Source of the DNA: Eledone cirrhosa | Taxonomy: Eukaryota | DNA: 64,000 bases | Direction: 5' to 3' | Assembly (NCBI GenBank): GCA_964016885.1 | Contig: OZ024764.1 | Span: 930,001 to 994,000, forward strand | Shown here: positions 50,919 to 64,000 of the stretch, in pieces | How the letters are laid out: each line of letters opens with the position of its first letter | Position numbering within the stretch: position 1 is the stretch's first letter | The notes under the pieces: generated by a model | What the model was told of the DNA's origin: nothing | Databases searched by the model: none | The model's input: only the letters and a program-made list of their open reading frames with translations | Position numbers and translations under genes: made by a program

Positions 50919-51096
50919 CTTTATAAATAATTGTTTCTACTTTGGGCACAAGGCCAGCAATTACCCAGTGCATTACTGGTACTTTATTTTATCAACCCCG
51001 TAAGGATGAAAGGCAAAGTTAACCTCGGCGGGATTTGAACTCAGAATGACAAGGACTTTATAAATAATGATCAAAGTGTGTTTAATAACATTTAAT

Positions 51097-51143
51097 TACT
51101 AACAATCGTTTCATACAAGCACAAGGTCGGATTCATCAGAGTA
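51097..51143 (-). ncRNA. Degenerate hammerhead motif
   Basis: TACT CTGATGA...GAAA CGATTG TT AGTA; stem II imperfect. Confidence 0.5.
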
Positions 51144-51415
51144 TAAATCAAAAGTTAGAACACAAATAACCTTGTCAAAGAACATTACAGGCATACCACA
51201 TATGGGAAGAAAGCAAAAATAATAGATATTGACATTGATATAAGAGAGGAAAGCAAGTATCACATGAGAAGTATAATCATAGAAATATAATTAAGAATCA
51301 GCAACTAGAAGCATTAAAAAACTTAAAAACTTAAAAACAATCTGGTATAAAGAGAAAACCTGCTATAAGGAATTTAAGCATAATGCAGGCATATCAAATA
51401 CTGACAAATTTCATC

Positions 51416-51486
<71 letters not shown>

Positions 51487-51489
<3 letters not shown>

Positions 51490-51886
51490 TTTTGAGCTGA
51501 CTTTTGAGAGGCTCCCATACAGCTCTGAGTTTTTCATCCTCAGTGTATACTGATTAATGTTCAGAGCCATCCTCAGCATTCTCGTGTAGCACCCATCCAC
51601 CATCTGAGTGAGTCTCTTGGTCAGTGTCCAAGTCTCAAAAGTGACACAGAGAAGACTGAGGTTGGCTGGACATGCTCACCGACATCCAGAGTTGACATTG
51701 CACTCAGTGCTCCTTTGGGAGCCCCTACATGGACACACTAGAAGAGGAAGACCAAGGTTAACATATGTTGATGCCCTAAGGACAGACACTGGTCTGTTGG
51801 AGATGCAGGATATGGCAGCGATAATGAGGGACAGAGACCGCTGGAGAGAACTCGTCCATGGATCTCGGGAATTTTACCCGCCTTAG
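51487..51886. mobile_element. RTE-like fragment with 5' inversion
   Basis: 51487-51634 reads on minus (DGCYTRMLRMALNI...SKV) and 51635-51886 continues on plus (KVTQRRLRLAGH...). Confidence 0.8.
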
Positions 51887-51896
51887 ATAGATAGAT

Positions 51897-51929
<33 letters not shown>

Positions 51930-52281
51930 TAGATTTCTTTATTAGCCACAAGGGCGCACAAGAAAAGGGGACACTACAAAGACATGCCGGGGATTTTACA
52001 TACAGTCGTGTAAAAAATATAAAAACAAACAATTTCAACAATCGAAATCCCCAATAGGGGAGGAAGCACCACAGATGGGTTGTTTAATACCCCGTCGATA
52101 GAACAACCCTCAACTCAAGGAGCGTGTTGTGCAAGTACTCCTTTCTTCCTTTTTCTCTCTTCCTCAACCTACAGGCTTATAAACAGAGAAGGCCCAATCA
52201 CTCGGGCCATTTTCGCTTCATTCACCCACCTTTCAGTAAATTTACTGGGGTGCAGTGCCTCTCTCTCCACCCTGATTCTAT

Positions 52282-52310
<29 letters not shown>

Positions 52311-52313
<3 letters not shown>

Positions 52314-52735
52314 AAATAAGAAAATAAGATGCTGAGGTTACATAAATCGTTTAATCATTATAATTATTTGCACGGTTCTCCATGCAATTGAGATGTCCTT
52401 CATGCATTTGTTGTTGTTGTGACAACGGTATCCTCAGATGAATTCCGATATATTTGATATGTCGCTGGCAGGAAAAAAACACGTCCTATTGCTTGTGTGC
52501 TCAGCAGACATATCGATATGTTTGACATATGTCTGCTGGGCACACAAGCAATAGGACTTGTGTTTTTCCTGCCGGCGGCATGTCAAAAATATCGGATACC
52601 ATCTGAGGATATATGTAACCTCAGCATCTTATTTTGTTACTTTTATAAAAATCTCCACGGTAACTAAAAACTACGATTTTTGAGAGCTTTCTTCTGCTTG
52701 CTCCTGTTTTTAACAAAACAATCTCTTCTGAACAA
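52311..52735. mobile_element. Degenerate fold-back element
   Basis: Inverted arms centred about 52520, with CTGAGGA on both arms and a deletion in the right arm. Confidence 0.55.
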
Positions 52736-52769
52736 TATATAAATAGATAGAGTGACAGAGAGAGGGGAG

Positions 52770-52834
<65 letters not shown>

Positions 52835-52876
52835 AGGATTAGACTAATTAGAGAAAGCAAGTACATTTTATCTTAC

Positions 52877-52944
52877 CTTAGATTCAACAGGGTACAAAGG
52901 AAAAGTCTCATATTCAGCAACAGCTTTTCTGGCAGATTCCAAAC
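52877..52944 (-). CDS. TAT: TAT exon ([23 protein letters not shown])
   Basis: AG/GT boundaries, 68 nt, phase-compatible with both neighbours. Confidence 0.92.
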
Positions 52945-52950
52945 CTTTAA

Positions 52951-53012
<62 letters not shown>

Positions 53013-53043
53013 GTATATGTATATATATATATGTATATGTATG

Positions 53044-53102
<59 letters not shown>

Positions 53103-53147
53103 GTATATATGTATATGTATATATATATGTATAAATTTTTTACTATT

Positions 53148-53207
<60 letters not shown>

Positions 53208-53338
53208 CATATACATATATATATATACATATATATATATACATATACATATATATACATATATATATATATGTATACATATACATATATATACATATAT
53301 ATATATATATATGTATATATGTATATATATGTATATGT

Positions 53339-53384
<46 letters not shown>

Positions 53385-53773
53385 ATATATGTATATGTAT
53401 ATATATGTATATGTATATATATATATATGTATATGTATATATGCAAATCAGGCCAATCAGTCACTGTGTATTTTATAAAATAGCATATATTTCCACTAGC
53501 TCTGACAGTTTGGCAGGTGAACAGTGAGCTGTACTGATGAAGGGTGATACCCAGAAACATTAGTGTCTGCAGTTCTGTTCACATGCCAACACAAGAGCAA
53601 GAATGAGGGGCTTATTCTACTGACATGGATATAAAATTGAGGCTTGTTTGCATAATTGCAAACGAATCGAACGTTATTATTAATATTAAAAAAACTCAGA
53701 TTACATTTATTATAAATATATATACATATATATATATATTGGAAAATGTGTGAAATCCTTGCTACAGTTAGGT

Positions 53774-53948
53774 ATATTTAAAAAAAGGAAAAGAATGACT
53801 TCACTTGTTCTAAACAATTTAATTTAATTTTATAATATTATAATTTTATAATTTGGTTTTGTAGACCAAATTGTAAAATTATAATATTATAAAATTAAAT
53901 TAAATTGTTTAGAACAAGTGAAGTCCTTCTTTTCCTTTTTTTAAATAT
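53774..53948. repeat. AT-rich long inverted repeat with arms of about 85 bp
   Basis: Arms are reverse-complementary around about 53861; no hammerhead core visible. Confidence 0.7.
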
Positions 53949-56117
53949 TGAGTTGAGACAGAAACTGGGTATAAGAGGGATAAGTTGTGGTGTGCAGGAG
54001 AGAAGACTGAGATGGTATGGACATGTGATGTGTTGAGAGAGAAACTGTGTATAAGAGGGATAAGTTGTAGTGTGCGGGAGAGAAGACTGAGATGGTATGG
54101 ACATGTGATGTGTTGAGAGAGAAACTGTGTATAAGAGGGATAAGTTGTGGTGTGTGGGAGAGAAGGCTGAGATGGTATGGACGTGATGTGTTGAGAGAGA
54201 AACTGAGTATAAGAGGGATAAGTTGTGGTGTGTGGGAGAGAAGACTGAGATGGTATGGACATCTGATGTGTTGAGAGAGAAACTGTGTATAAGAGGGATA
54301 AGTTGTGGTGTGCAGGAGAGAAGACTGAGATGGTATGGACATGTGATGTGTTGCGAGAGAAACTGTGTATAAGAGGGATAAGTTGTGGTGTGTGGGAGAG
54401 AGGACTGAGATGGTATGGACATGTGATGTGTTGAGAGAGAAACTGGGTATAAGAGGGATAAGCTGTGGTGTGTGGGAGAGAAGACTGAGATGGTATGGAC
54501 ATGTGGTGTGTTGAGAGAGAAACTGGGTATAAGAGGGATAAGTTGTAGTGTGTGGGAGAGAAGACTGAGATGGTAAGGACATGTGGTGTGTTGAGAGAGA
54601 AACTGGGTATAAGAGGGATAAGTTGTAGTGTGTGGGAGAGATGACTGAGATGGTATGGACATGTGATGTGTTGAGAGAGAAACTGTGTATAAGAGGGATA
54701 AGTTGTGGTGTGTGGGGGAGAAGACTGAGATGGTATGGACATGTGGTGTGTTGAGAGAGAAACTGTGTATGAGAGGAATAAGTTGTAGTGTGTGGGGGAG
54801 AAGACTGAGATGGTATGGACATGTGATGTGTTGAGAGAGAAACTGAGTATAAGAGGGATAAGTTGTGGTGTGTGGGAGAGAAGACTGAGATGGTATGGAC
54901 ATGTGGTGTGTTGAGAGAGAAACTGTGTATGAGAGGAATAAGTTGTAGTGTGTGGGAGAGAAGACTGAGATGGTATGGACATGTGATGTGTAGAGAGAGA
55001 AACTGTGTATAAGAGGGATAAGTTGTAGTGTGTGGGGGAGAAGACTGAGATGGTATGGACATGTGATGTGTTGAGAGAGAAACTGAGTATAAGAGGGATA
55101 AGTTGTGGTGTGTGGGAGAGAAGACTGAGATGGTATGGACATGTGGTGTGTTGAGAGAGAAACTGTGTATGAGAGGAATAAGTTGTAGTGTGTGGGAGAG
55201 AAGACTGAGATGGTATGGACATGTGATGTGTAGAGAGAGAAACTGTGTATAAGAGGGATAAGTTGTAGTGTGTGGGGGAGAAGACTGAGATGGTATGGAC
55301 ATGTGATGTGTTGAGAGAGAAACTGAGTATATGAGGGATAAGTTGTGGTGTGTGGGAGAGAAGACTGAGATGGTATGGACATGTGATGTGTTGAGAGAGA
55401 AACTGTGTTTAAGAGGGATAAGTTGTAGTGTGTGGGAGAGAAGACTGAGATGGTATGGACATGTGATGAGTTGGGAGAGAAACTGTGTATAAGAGGGATA
55501 AGTTGTAGTGTGAGGGAGAGAAGACTGAGATGGTATGGACATGTGATGTGTTGAGAGAGAAACTGTGTCTAAGAGGGATAAACTATAGTGTGTGGGAGAG
55601 AAGACTGAGATGGTATGGACATGTGATGTGTTGAGAGAGAAACTGTGTATAAGAGGGATAAGTTGTGGTGTGTGGGAGAGAAGACTGAGATGGTATGGAC
55701 ATGTGATGTGTTGAGAGAGAAACTGTGTATAAGAGGGATAAACTATAGTGTGTGGGAGAGAAGACTGAGATGGTATGGACATGTGATGTGTTGAGAGAGA
55801 AACTGTGTATAAGAGGGATAAACTATAGTGTGTGGGAGAGAAGACTGAGATGGTATGGACATGTGATGTACATGGAGGATGACCGCTGGGTAAAGAAGTG
55901 CGAACAAATCCCAGTGGAAGGAAGACGCAGTAGAGGAAGACCATGAAAAACATGGGCGGAGGTGGTGAGAGCTGACGTCAGATCACTGAGGCTCACGGAG
56001 GAGATGACGAAGGACCGTGACAAGTGAAGAGAGTTGCTGTGCTGAATAGGACCCGTCCCACGTTTGCAAGCAGGGAAAAGCGGACATAAAATGATAATGG
56101 TGATGATGATGATGATG

Positions 56118-56118
<1 letters not shown>
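53948..56118 (+). mobile_element. RTE 3' end with an 80-bp segment amplified about 24 times (53948-55868)
   Basis: Unit encodes VLREKLCIRGI...ERRLRWYGHV; the array runs into the normal RTE C-terminus and tail. Confidence 0.9.
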
Positions 56119-56155
<37 letters not shown>

Positions 56156-56261
56156 GGTAAACAGAAATAACAACACAAACAGTACAGTATATGGAAGGAA
56201 GACAAACATCAACATGAATGTAGCAACAAACAGAACATTACAACAAGAACAACTTCATTAC

Positions 56262-56366
56262 CTACTGAGGGTCCATAGCCATTGTACTTTCGACTCCTGA
56301 TTGCTTCCACCACAGCATCTTCTGCTGCCTCGGGTAGGAGCATATTACCGTACACTGTTGGGTCTC
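56262..56366 (-). CDS. TAT: Tyrosine aminotransferase, first exon visible in window (GDPTVYGNMLLPEAAEDAVVEAIRSRKYNGYGPSVG)
   Basis: AG/GT boundaries, 105 nt. GDPT..G and YNGY.PS.G motifs of TAT. Splice phase joins the next exon. Confidence 0.95.
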   Translation of the reverse strand, partial: ETQQCTVICSYPRQQKMLWWKQSGVESTMAMDPQ

Positions 56367-56432
56367 CTGTAAAGAAATACAGATAAAGATGATGGTATGT
56401 AAGGAGATGGTGTATATCTCTGTAAGAAATTA

Positions 56433-58480
56433 CCCACTGTCACTGCCTCTGTCTCTCCCCATCTCTCATATACCCCAGGTCCCAACACAGAGGAACCAAA
56501 CTCCCACTGTCACTGCCTCTGTCTCTCCTCATCTCTCATATACCCCAGGTCCCAACACAGAGGAACCAAACTCCCACTGTCACTGCCTCTGTCTCTCCCC
56601 ATCTCTCATATACACCAGGTCCCAACACAGAGGAACCAAACTCCCACTGTCACTGCCTCTGTCTCTCCTCATCTCTCATATACCCCAGGTCCCAACACAG
56701 AGGAACCAAACTCCCACTGTCACTGCCTCTGTCTCTCCCCATCTCTCATATACACCAGGTCCCAACACAGAGGAACCAAACTCCCACTGTCACTGCCTCT
56801 GTCTCTCCTCATCTCTCATATACACCAGGTCCCAACACAGAGGAACCAAACTGCCACTGTCACTGCCTCTGTCTCTCCCCATCTCTCATATACACCAGGT
56901 CCCAACACAGAGGAACCAAACTGCCACTGTCACTGCCTCTGTCTCTCCCCATCTCTCATATACACCAGGTCCCAACACAGAGGAACCAAACTGCCACTGT
57001 CACTGCCTCTGTCTCTCCCCATCTCTCATATACACCAGGTCCCAACACAGAGGAACCAAACTGCCACTGTCACTGCCTCTGTCTCTCCCCATCTCTCATA
57101 TACACCAGGTCCCAACACAGAGGAACCAAACTGCCACTGTCACTGCCTCTGTCTCTCCCCATCTCTCATATACCCCAGGTCCCAACACAGAGGAACCAAT
57201 CCCCCACTGTCACTGCCTCTGTCTCTCCCCATCTCTCATATACCCCAGGTCCCAACACAGAGGAACCAAACTCCCACTGTCACTGCCTCTGTCTCTCCTC
57301 ATCTCTCATATACCCCAGGTCCCAACACAGAGGAACCAAACTCTCACTGCCTCTGTCTCTCCCCATCTCTCATATACCCCAGGTCCCAACACAGAGGAAC
57401 CAAACTCCCACTGTCACTCTGTCTCTCCCCATCTCTCATATACCCCAGGTCCCAACACAGAGGAACCAAACTCCCACTGTCACTGCCTCTGTCTCTCCCT
57501 ATCTCTCATATACCCCAGGTCCCAACACAGAGGAACCAAACTCCCACTGTCACTGCCTCTGTCTCTCTCCATCTCTCATATACACCAGGTCCCAACACAG
57601 AGGAACCAAACTCCCACTGTCACTGCCTCTGTCTCTCCCCATCTCTCATATACTCCAGGTCCCAACACAGAGGAACCAAACTCCCACTGTCACTGCCTCT
57701 GTCTCTCCCCATCTCTCATATACACCAGGTCCCAACACAGAGGAACCAAACTCCCACTGTCACTGCCTCTGTCTCTCCCCATCTCTCATATACCCCAGGT
57801 CCCAACACAGAGGAACCAAACTCCCACTGTCACTGCCTCTCTGTCTCTCCCCATCTCTCATATACCCCAGGTCCCAACACAGAGGAACCAAACTCTCACT
57901 GCCTCTGTCTCTCCCCATCTCTCATATACACCAGGTCCCAACACAGAGGAACCAAACTCCCACTGTCACTGCCTCTGTCTCTCCCCATCTCTCATATACC
58001 ACAGGTCCCGACACAGAGGAACCAAACTCCCACTGTCACTGCCTCTGTCTCTCTCCATCTCTCATATACACCAGGTCCCAACACAGAGGAACCAAACTCC
58101 CACTGTCACTGCCTCTGTCTCTCCCCATCTCTCATATACACCAGGTCCCAACACAGAAGAACCAAACTCCCACTGTCACTGCCTCTGTCTCTACCCATCT
58201 CTCATATACCCCAGGTCCCGACACAGAGGAACCAAACTCCCACTGTCACTGCCTCTGTCTCTACCCATCTCTCATATACCCCAGGTCCCAACACAGAAGA
58301 ACCAAACTCCCACTGTCACTGCCTCTGTCTCTACCCATCTCTCATATACCCCAGGTCCCGACACAGAGGAACCAAACTCCCACTGTCACTGCCTCTGTCT
58401 CTACCCATCTCTCATATACCCCAGGTCCCAACACAGAGAAACCAAACTCCCACTGTCTCTCCTGCTCTCCCCATCTCACA
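56433..58480 (+). repeat. 70-bp minisatellite, about 29 units
   Basis: Direct observation. Confidence 0.95.
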
Positions 58481-58483
58481 CTA

Positions 58484-59105
58484 TTATGAGCAAATGGGGG
58501 CCCACGTGATGGCCACCCCAGTCGACAGAATAGAGAAGGTGTTTTCCCGGAGGGTGGTGAGGGACACGAGCTGGAATAGCCTTTCCAGCTTGCGAGGCTC
58601 ACACCTGCATCTATCTAACTCTGTGCTGATGGTGGTGAGTAGGGAGGTGGTCCTAGGGCCAGGGACACCAGAAGACTCCACTGCTACAGGAAACCAACTC
58701 TGTGGTCAGTAGGGAGGTGGTCCTAGGGCCAAGGACACCAGAAGTCTCCACTGCTACAGGTAGCCAACTCTGTGGTCAGTAGGGAGGTGGTCCAAGGGCC
58801 AAGGACACCAGAAGTCTCCACTGCTACAGGTAGCCAACTCTGTGGTGAGTAGGGAGGTGGTCCTAGGGCCAAGGACACCAGAAGTCTCCACTGCTACAGG
58901 TAGCCAACTCTGTGGTGAATAGGGAGGTGGTCCTCGGGCCAAGGACACCAGAAGTCTCCACTGCTACAGGTAGCCAACTCTGTGGTGAGTAGGGAGGTGG
59001 TCCTAGGGCCAAGGACACCAGAAGTCTCCACTGCTACAGGTAGCCAACTCTGTGGTCAGTAGGGAGGTGGTCCTAGGGTCAAGCACACCAGAAGTCTCCA
59101 CTGCT
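58484..59105 (-). mobile_element. CRE-like non-LTR C-terminal fragment with a 70-bp segment amplified about 7 times
   Basis: Minus strand PVAVETSGVLGP and EPRKLERLFQLVSLTTLRENTFSIL resemble the P.AVET.G / EPR..FLFQR.S...RGNA end of CRE-clade ORFs. Confidence 0.55.
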
Positions 59106-59549
59106 GTAAATAGAGCTGCACACACACAGAAACATTACCCCCACCCCGTTGCACCACAACCACACACCACCAACAGACAACCAGATAAACAACAGTGTTT
59201 GTTTGTCATTGATAAGATAGATCGCGTGTCAAAACATGAGCTGTATAGTGTGTATGTGTATGTGTGTTTATGTGTGCAGGTGTGTAAAAATAGATTTCTC
59301 CCCAGACCACCCCTTCCTCCACCACCACCACACCAACACACCACCACCACCACCACCACAACACGCCATCACCGCAACTACACACCACCACCACCACCAC
59401 TGCCGCAACACACCACCACCACCAACACAGCAACACACCGCCACTACACACCACCACCACTGCCGCAACACACCACCACCACCACCAACACACCACCACC
59501 ACCACCACCAACACACCACCACCGCAACACATCACCACCACTGCCACTA

Positions 59550-62500
59550 CTTTTTGTCATGACACCTACATGACCACTTTACAGTGTGGACTGGGTACTT
59601 TTTGTTGTGACACCTACATGACTACTTTACAGTGTGGACTGGGTGCTTTTTGTTGTGACACCTACATGACCACTTTACAGTGTGGACTGGGTACTTTTTG
59701 TTGTGACACCTACATGACTACTTTACAGTGTGGACTGGGTGCTTTTTGTTGTGACACCTACATGACCACTTTACAGTGTGGACTGGGTGTTGTTTGTCAT
59801 GACACCTACATGACCACTTTACAGTGTGGACTGGGTACTTTTAGTTGTGACACCTACATGACCACTTTACAGTGTGGACTGAGTGCTTTTGTTGTGACAC
59901 CTACATGACCACTTTACAGTGTGGACTGGGTACTTTTTGTTGTGACACCTACATGACCACTTTACAGTGTGGACTGGGTACTTTTTGTTGTGACACCTAC
60001 ATGACTACTTTACAGTGTGGACTGGGTGCTTTTTGTTGTGACACCTACATGACCACTTTACAGTGTGGACTGGGTACTTTTTGTTGTGACACCTACATGA
60101 CTACTTTACAGTGTGGACTGGGTGCTTTTTGTTGTGACACCTACATGACCACTTTACAGTGTGGACTGGGTTCTTTTTGTTGACACCTACATGACCAATT
60201 TACAGTGTGGACTGGCTACTTTTAGTTGTGACACCTACATGACCACTTTACAGTGTGGACTGGGTACTTTTTGTTGTGACACATACATGACCACTTTACA
60301 GTGTGGACTAGGTACTTTTTGTTGTGACACTGACATGACCACTTTACAGTGTGGACTGGGTACTTTTTGCTGTGACACCTACATGACCACTTTACAGTGT
60401 GGGCTGGGTGTTGTTTGTCATGACACCTACATGACCACTTTGCAGTGTGGACTGGGTGCTTTTTGTCAAGACACCTACATGACCACCTTACAGTGTGGAC
60501 TGGGTGCTTTTTGTCATGACACCTACATGACCACTTTACAGTGTGGACTGGGTACTTTTTGTTGTGACACCTACATGACCACTTTACAGTGTGAACTGGG
60601 TACTTTTTGTTGTGACACCTACATGACCACTTTACAGTGTGAACTGGGTACTTTTTGTTGTGACACCTACATGACCACTTTACAGTGTGGACTGGGTACT
60701 TTTTGTTGTGAGCCCTACATGACCACTTTACAGTGTGGACTGGGTACTTTTTGTTGTGAGCCCAACCACTCCAGGTCTAAAAAAAGCCGATATTTTCTCT
60801 AGAAGAAGCATCAACCCTAATACAGAACTGATACTTTTTTATCGACCCCGAAATGATGATAGTCTAATAGAGTAATGTAAATGCTAAAGGATTAAGCAGC
60901 CATGTTGGGGAATACCTCCTGTGATTAGGGTGGATGTACTTTAAATGATGATGATGATGATGTATGTATGTATGTAAGTGTATATGTATGTGTGTATGTG
61001 AATGAGACCAGATGTGTTAGTAGATAAAGATGCAGGAGACCTTGAACAACTGGTTCATCTATAGTGTGTATGTGTGTGTGTGTTTATGTGTGCAGGTGTG
61101 TAAAAATAGATTTCTCCCCAGACCACCCCTTCCACCACCACCACATCACACCACCACCACCACAACACGTGACCACCACCGCAACACACCACCACCACTG
61201 CAACACACCACCAACACATCACCACCACCCACTACACCACTGACACTACTTTTTGTTGTGACACCTACATGACCACTTTACAGTGTGGACTGGGTACTTT
61301 TTGTTGTGACACCTACATGACCACTTTACAGTGTGGACTGGGTACTTTTTATTGTGACACCTACATGACCACTTTACAGCGTGGACTGGGTGCTTTTTGT
61401 CAAGACACCTACATGACCACTTTACAGTGTGGACTGGGTACTTTTTGTTGTGACACCTACATGACCACTTTACAGTGTGGACTGGGTACTTTTTGTTGTG
61501 ACACCTACATGACCACTTTACAGTGTGGACTGGGTACTTTTTGTTGTGACACCTACATGACCACTTTACAGTGTGGACTGGGTACTTTTTTGTTGTGACA
61601 CCTACATGACCACTTTACAGTGTGGACTGGGTACTTTTGGGTTATGACACCTACATGACCACTTTACAGTGTGGACTGGGTGCTTTTTGTTGTGACACCT
61701 ACATGACCACTTTACAGTGTGGACTGGGTACTTTTTGTTGTGACACCTACATGACCACTTTACAGTGTGGACTGGGTGTTGTTTGTTGTGACACCTACAT
61801 GACTACTTTACAGTGTGGACTGGGTACTTTTTGTTGTGACACCTACATGACCACTTTACAGTGTAGACTGGGTACTTTTTGTTGTGACACCTACATGACC
61901 ACTTTACAGTGTGGACTGGGTACTTTTTGTTGTGACACCTACATGACCACTTTACAGTGTGGACTGGGTGTTGTTTGTTGTGACACCTACATGACCACTT
62001 TACAGTGTGGACTGGGTACTTTTGGTTATGACACCTACATGACCACTTTACAGTGTGGACTGGGTACTTTTTGTTGTGACACCTACATGACCACTTTACA
62101 GTGTGGACTGGGTACTTTTTGTTGTGACACCTACATGACCACTTTACAGTGTGGACTGGGTACTTTTTGTTGTGACACCTACATGACCACTTTACAGTGT
62201 GGACTGGGTGTTGTTTGTTGTGACACCTACATGACCACTTTATAGTGTGGACTGGTTGGTTTTTGTCAAGACACCTACATGACCACTTTACAGTGTGGAC
62301 TGGGTACTTTTTGTTGTGACACCTACATGACTACTTTACAGTGTGGACTGGGTACGTTTTGTTGTGACACCTACATGACCAGTTTACAGTGTGGACTGGG
62401 TGCTTTTTGTTGTGACACCTACATGACTACTTTACAGCGTGTACTGGGTGCTTTTTGTTGTGACACCTACATGACCACTTTACAGTGTGGACTGGGTACT

Positions 62501-64000
62501 TTTTGTTGTGACACCTATATGACCACTTTACAGTGTGGACTGGGTGCTTTTTGTCATGACACCTACATGACCACTTTACAGTGTAGACTGGGTACTTTTT
62601 GTTGTGACACCTACATGACCACTTTACAGTGTGGACTGGGTACTTTTTGTTGTGACACTGACATGACTACTTTACAGTGTGGACTGGGTACTTTTTGTTG
62701 TGACACCTACATGACCACTTTACAGTGTGGACTGGGTGCTTTTTGTTGTGACACCTACATGACTACTTTACAGCGTGTACTGGGTGCTTTTTGTCATGAC
62801 ACCTACATGACCACTTTACAGTGTAGACTGGGTACTTTTTGTTGTGACACCTACATGACCACTTTACAGTGTGGACTGGGTACTTTTTGTTGTGACACTG
62901 ACATGACTACTTTACAGTGTGGACTGGGTACTTTTTGTTGTGACACCTACATGACCACTTTACAGTGTGGACTGGGTGCTTTTTGTTGTGACACCTACAT
63001 GACTACTTTACAGCGTGTACTGGGTGCTTTTTGTTGTGACACCTATATGACCACTTTACAGTGTGGACTGGGTGCTTTTTGTCATGACACCTACATGACC
63101 ACTTTACAGAGTGGACTGGGTACTTTTTGTTGTGACACCTACATGACCACTTTACAGTGTGGACTGGGTACTTTTTGTTGTGACACCTACATGACCACTT
63201 TACAGTGTGGACTGGGTACTTTTTGTTGTGACACCTACATGACCACTTTACAGTGTGGACTGGGTGTTGTTTGTTGTGACACCTACATGACCACTTTATA
63301 GTGTGGACTGGTTGGTTTTTGTCAAGACACCTACATGACCACTTTATAGTGTGGACTGGGTACTTTTTGTTGTGACACCTACATGACTACTTTACAGTGT
63401 GGACTGGGTACGTTTTGTTGTGACACCTACATGACCAGTTTACAGTGTGGACTGGGTGCTTTTTGTTGTGACACCTACATGACTACTTTACAGCGTGTAC
63501 TGGGTGCTTTTTGTTGTGACACCTACATGACCACTTTACAGTGTGGACTGGGTACTTTTTGTTGTGACACCTATATGACCACTTTACAGTGTGGACTGGG
63601 TGCTTTTTGTCATGACACCTACATGACCACTTTACAGTGTAGACTGGGTACTTTTTGTTGTGACACCTACATGACCACTTTACAGTGTGGACTGGGTACT
63701 TTTTGTTGTGACACTGACATGACTACTTTACAGTGTGGACTGGGTACTTTTTGTTGTGACACCTACATGACCACTTTACAGTGTGGACTGGGTGCTTTTT
63801 GTTGTGACACCTACATGACTACTTTACAGCGTGTACTGGGTGCTTTTTGTCATGACACCTACATGACCACTTTACAGTGTAGACTGGGTACTTTTTGTTG
63901 TGACACCTACATGACCACTTTACAGTGTGGACTGGGTACTTTTTGTTGTGACACTGACATGACTACTTTACAGTGTGGACTGGGTACTTTTTGTTGTGAC
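59550..64000 (+). repeat. 48-bp satellite (two arrays, 59550-60765 and 61247 to beyond 64000) derived from the SINE/RTE 3' region
   Basis: Unit GACACCTACATGACCACTTTACAGTGTGGACTGGGTACTTTTTGTTGT matches the segment at about 33950-34000 and the reverse complement of 42572-42630. Confidence 0.93.

Noticed and set aside
53774-53948. Member of the hammerhead fold-back class
   Set aside because: The palindrome is real but has no CUGANGA/GAAA core or clear NCTC...GAGN stem, so it was left unassigned.
53895-58509. 400-700-aa repetitive ORFs
   Set aside because: 80-bp and 70-bp minisatellites; unit lengths are not multiples of three, so the peptides cycle through frames.
60765-61060. Candidate first coding exon of TAT
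   Set aside because: No NPIR-like N-terminal TAT motif or suitable splice donor found; the exon probably lies beyond the window.
59550-64000. Cys-rich MTTLQCGLGTFCCDTY repeat ORFs, metallothionein- or toxin-like in appearance
   Set aside because: 48-bp satellite from a SINE/RTE tail; frameshifted between blocks, intronic and antisense to TAT.

Overview
Eukaryotic, repeat-saturated, intron-rich DNA. The SINE, RTE and (TA)n repertoire looks like a coleoid cephalopod, probably Octopus (inference). Ten minus-strand GT-AG exons (56366 to 14113) splice in one frame into most of a tyrosine aminotransferase (TAT); the first coding exon(s) lie beyond 64000. A plus-strand terminal exon at 3877-4021 resembles ATP synthase subunit s (ATP5S/DMAC2L), so the two genes converge. 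The rest consists of RTE, CR1 and CRE LINE fragments, tRNA-derived SINEs, mariner and hAT relics, an 11.5 kb (GTGTR)n satellite filling the last TAT intron, and many minisatellites derived from transposon pieces. The main hidden signal is a set of non-coding fold-back elements sitting in (TA)n tracts. They carry about a dozen type I hammerhead ribozyme motifs from several unrelated sequence families, resembling those of Penelope-like pLTRs. The families share a Y-Y mismatch in stem II, fold-back points at the ribozyme core, and a covarying NCTC...GAGN stem that is kept on only one arm while the other arm stops about 4-9 nt before it. The very long ORFs in the track are repeat artefacts.
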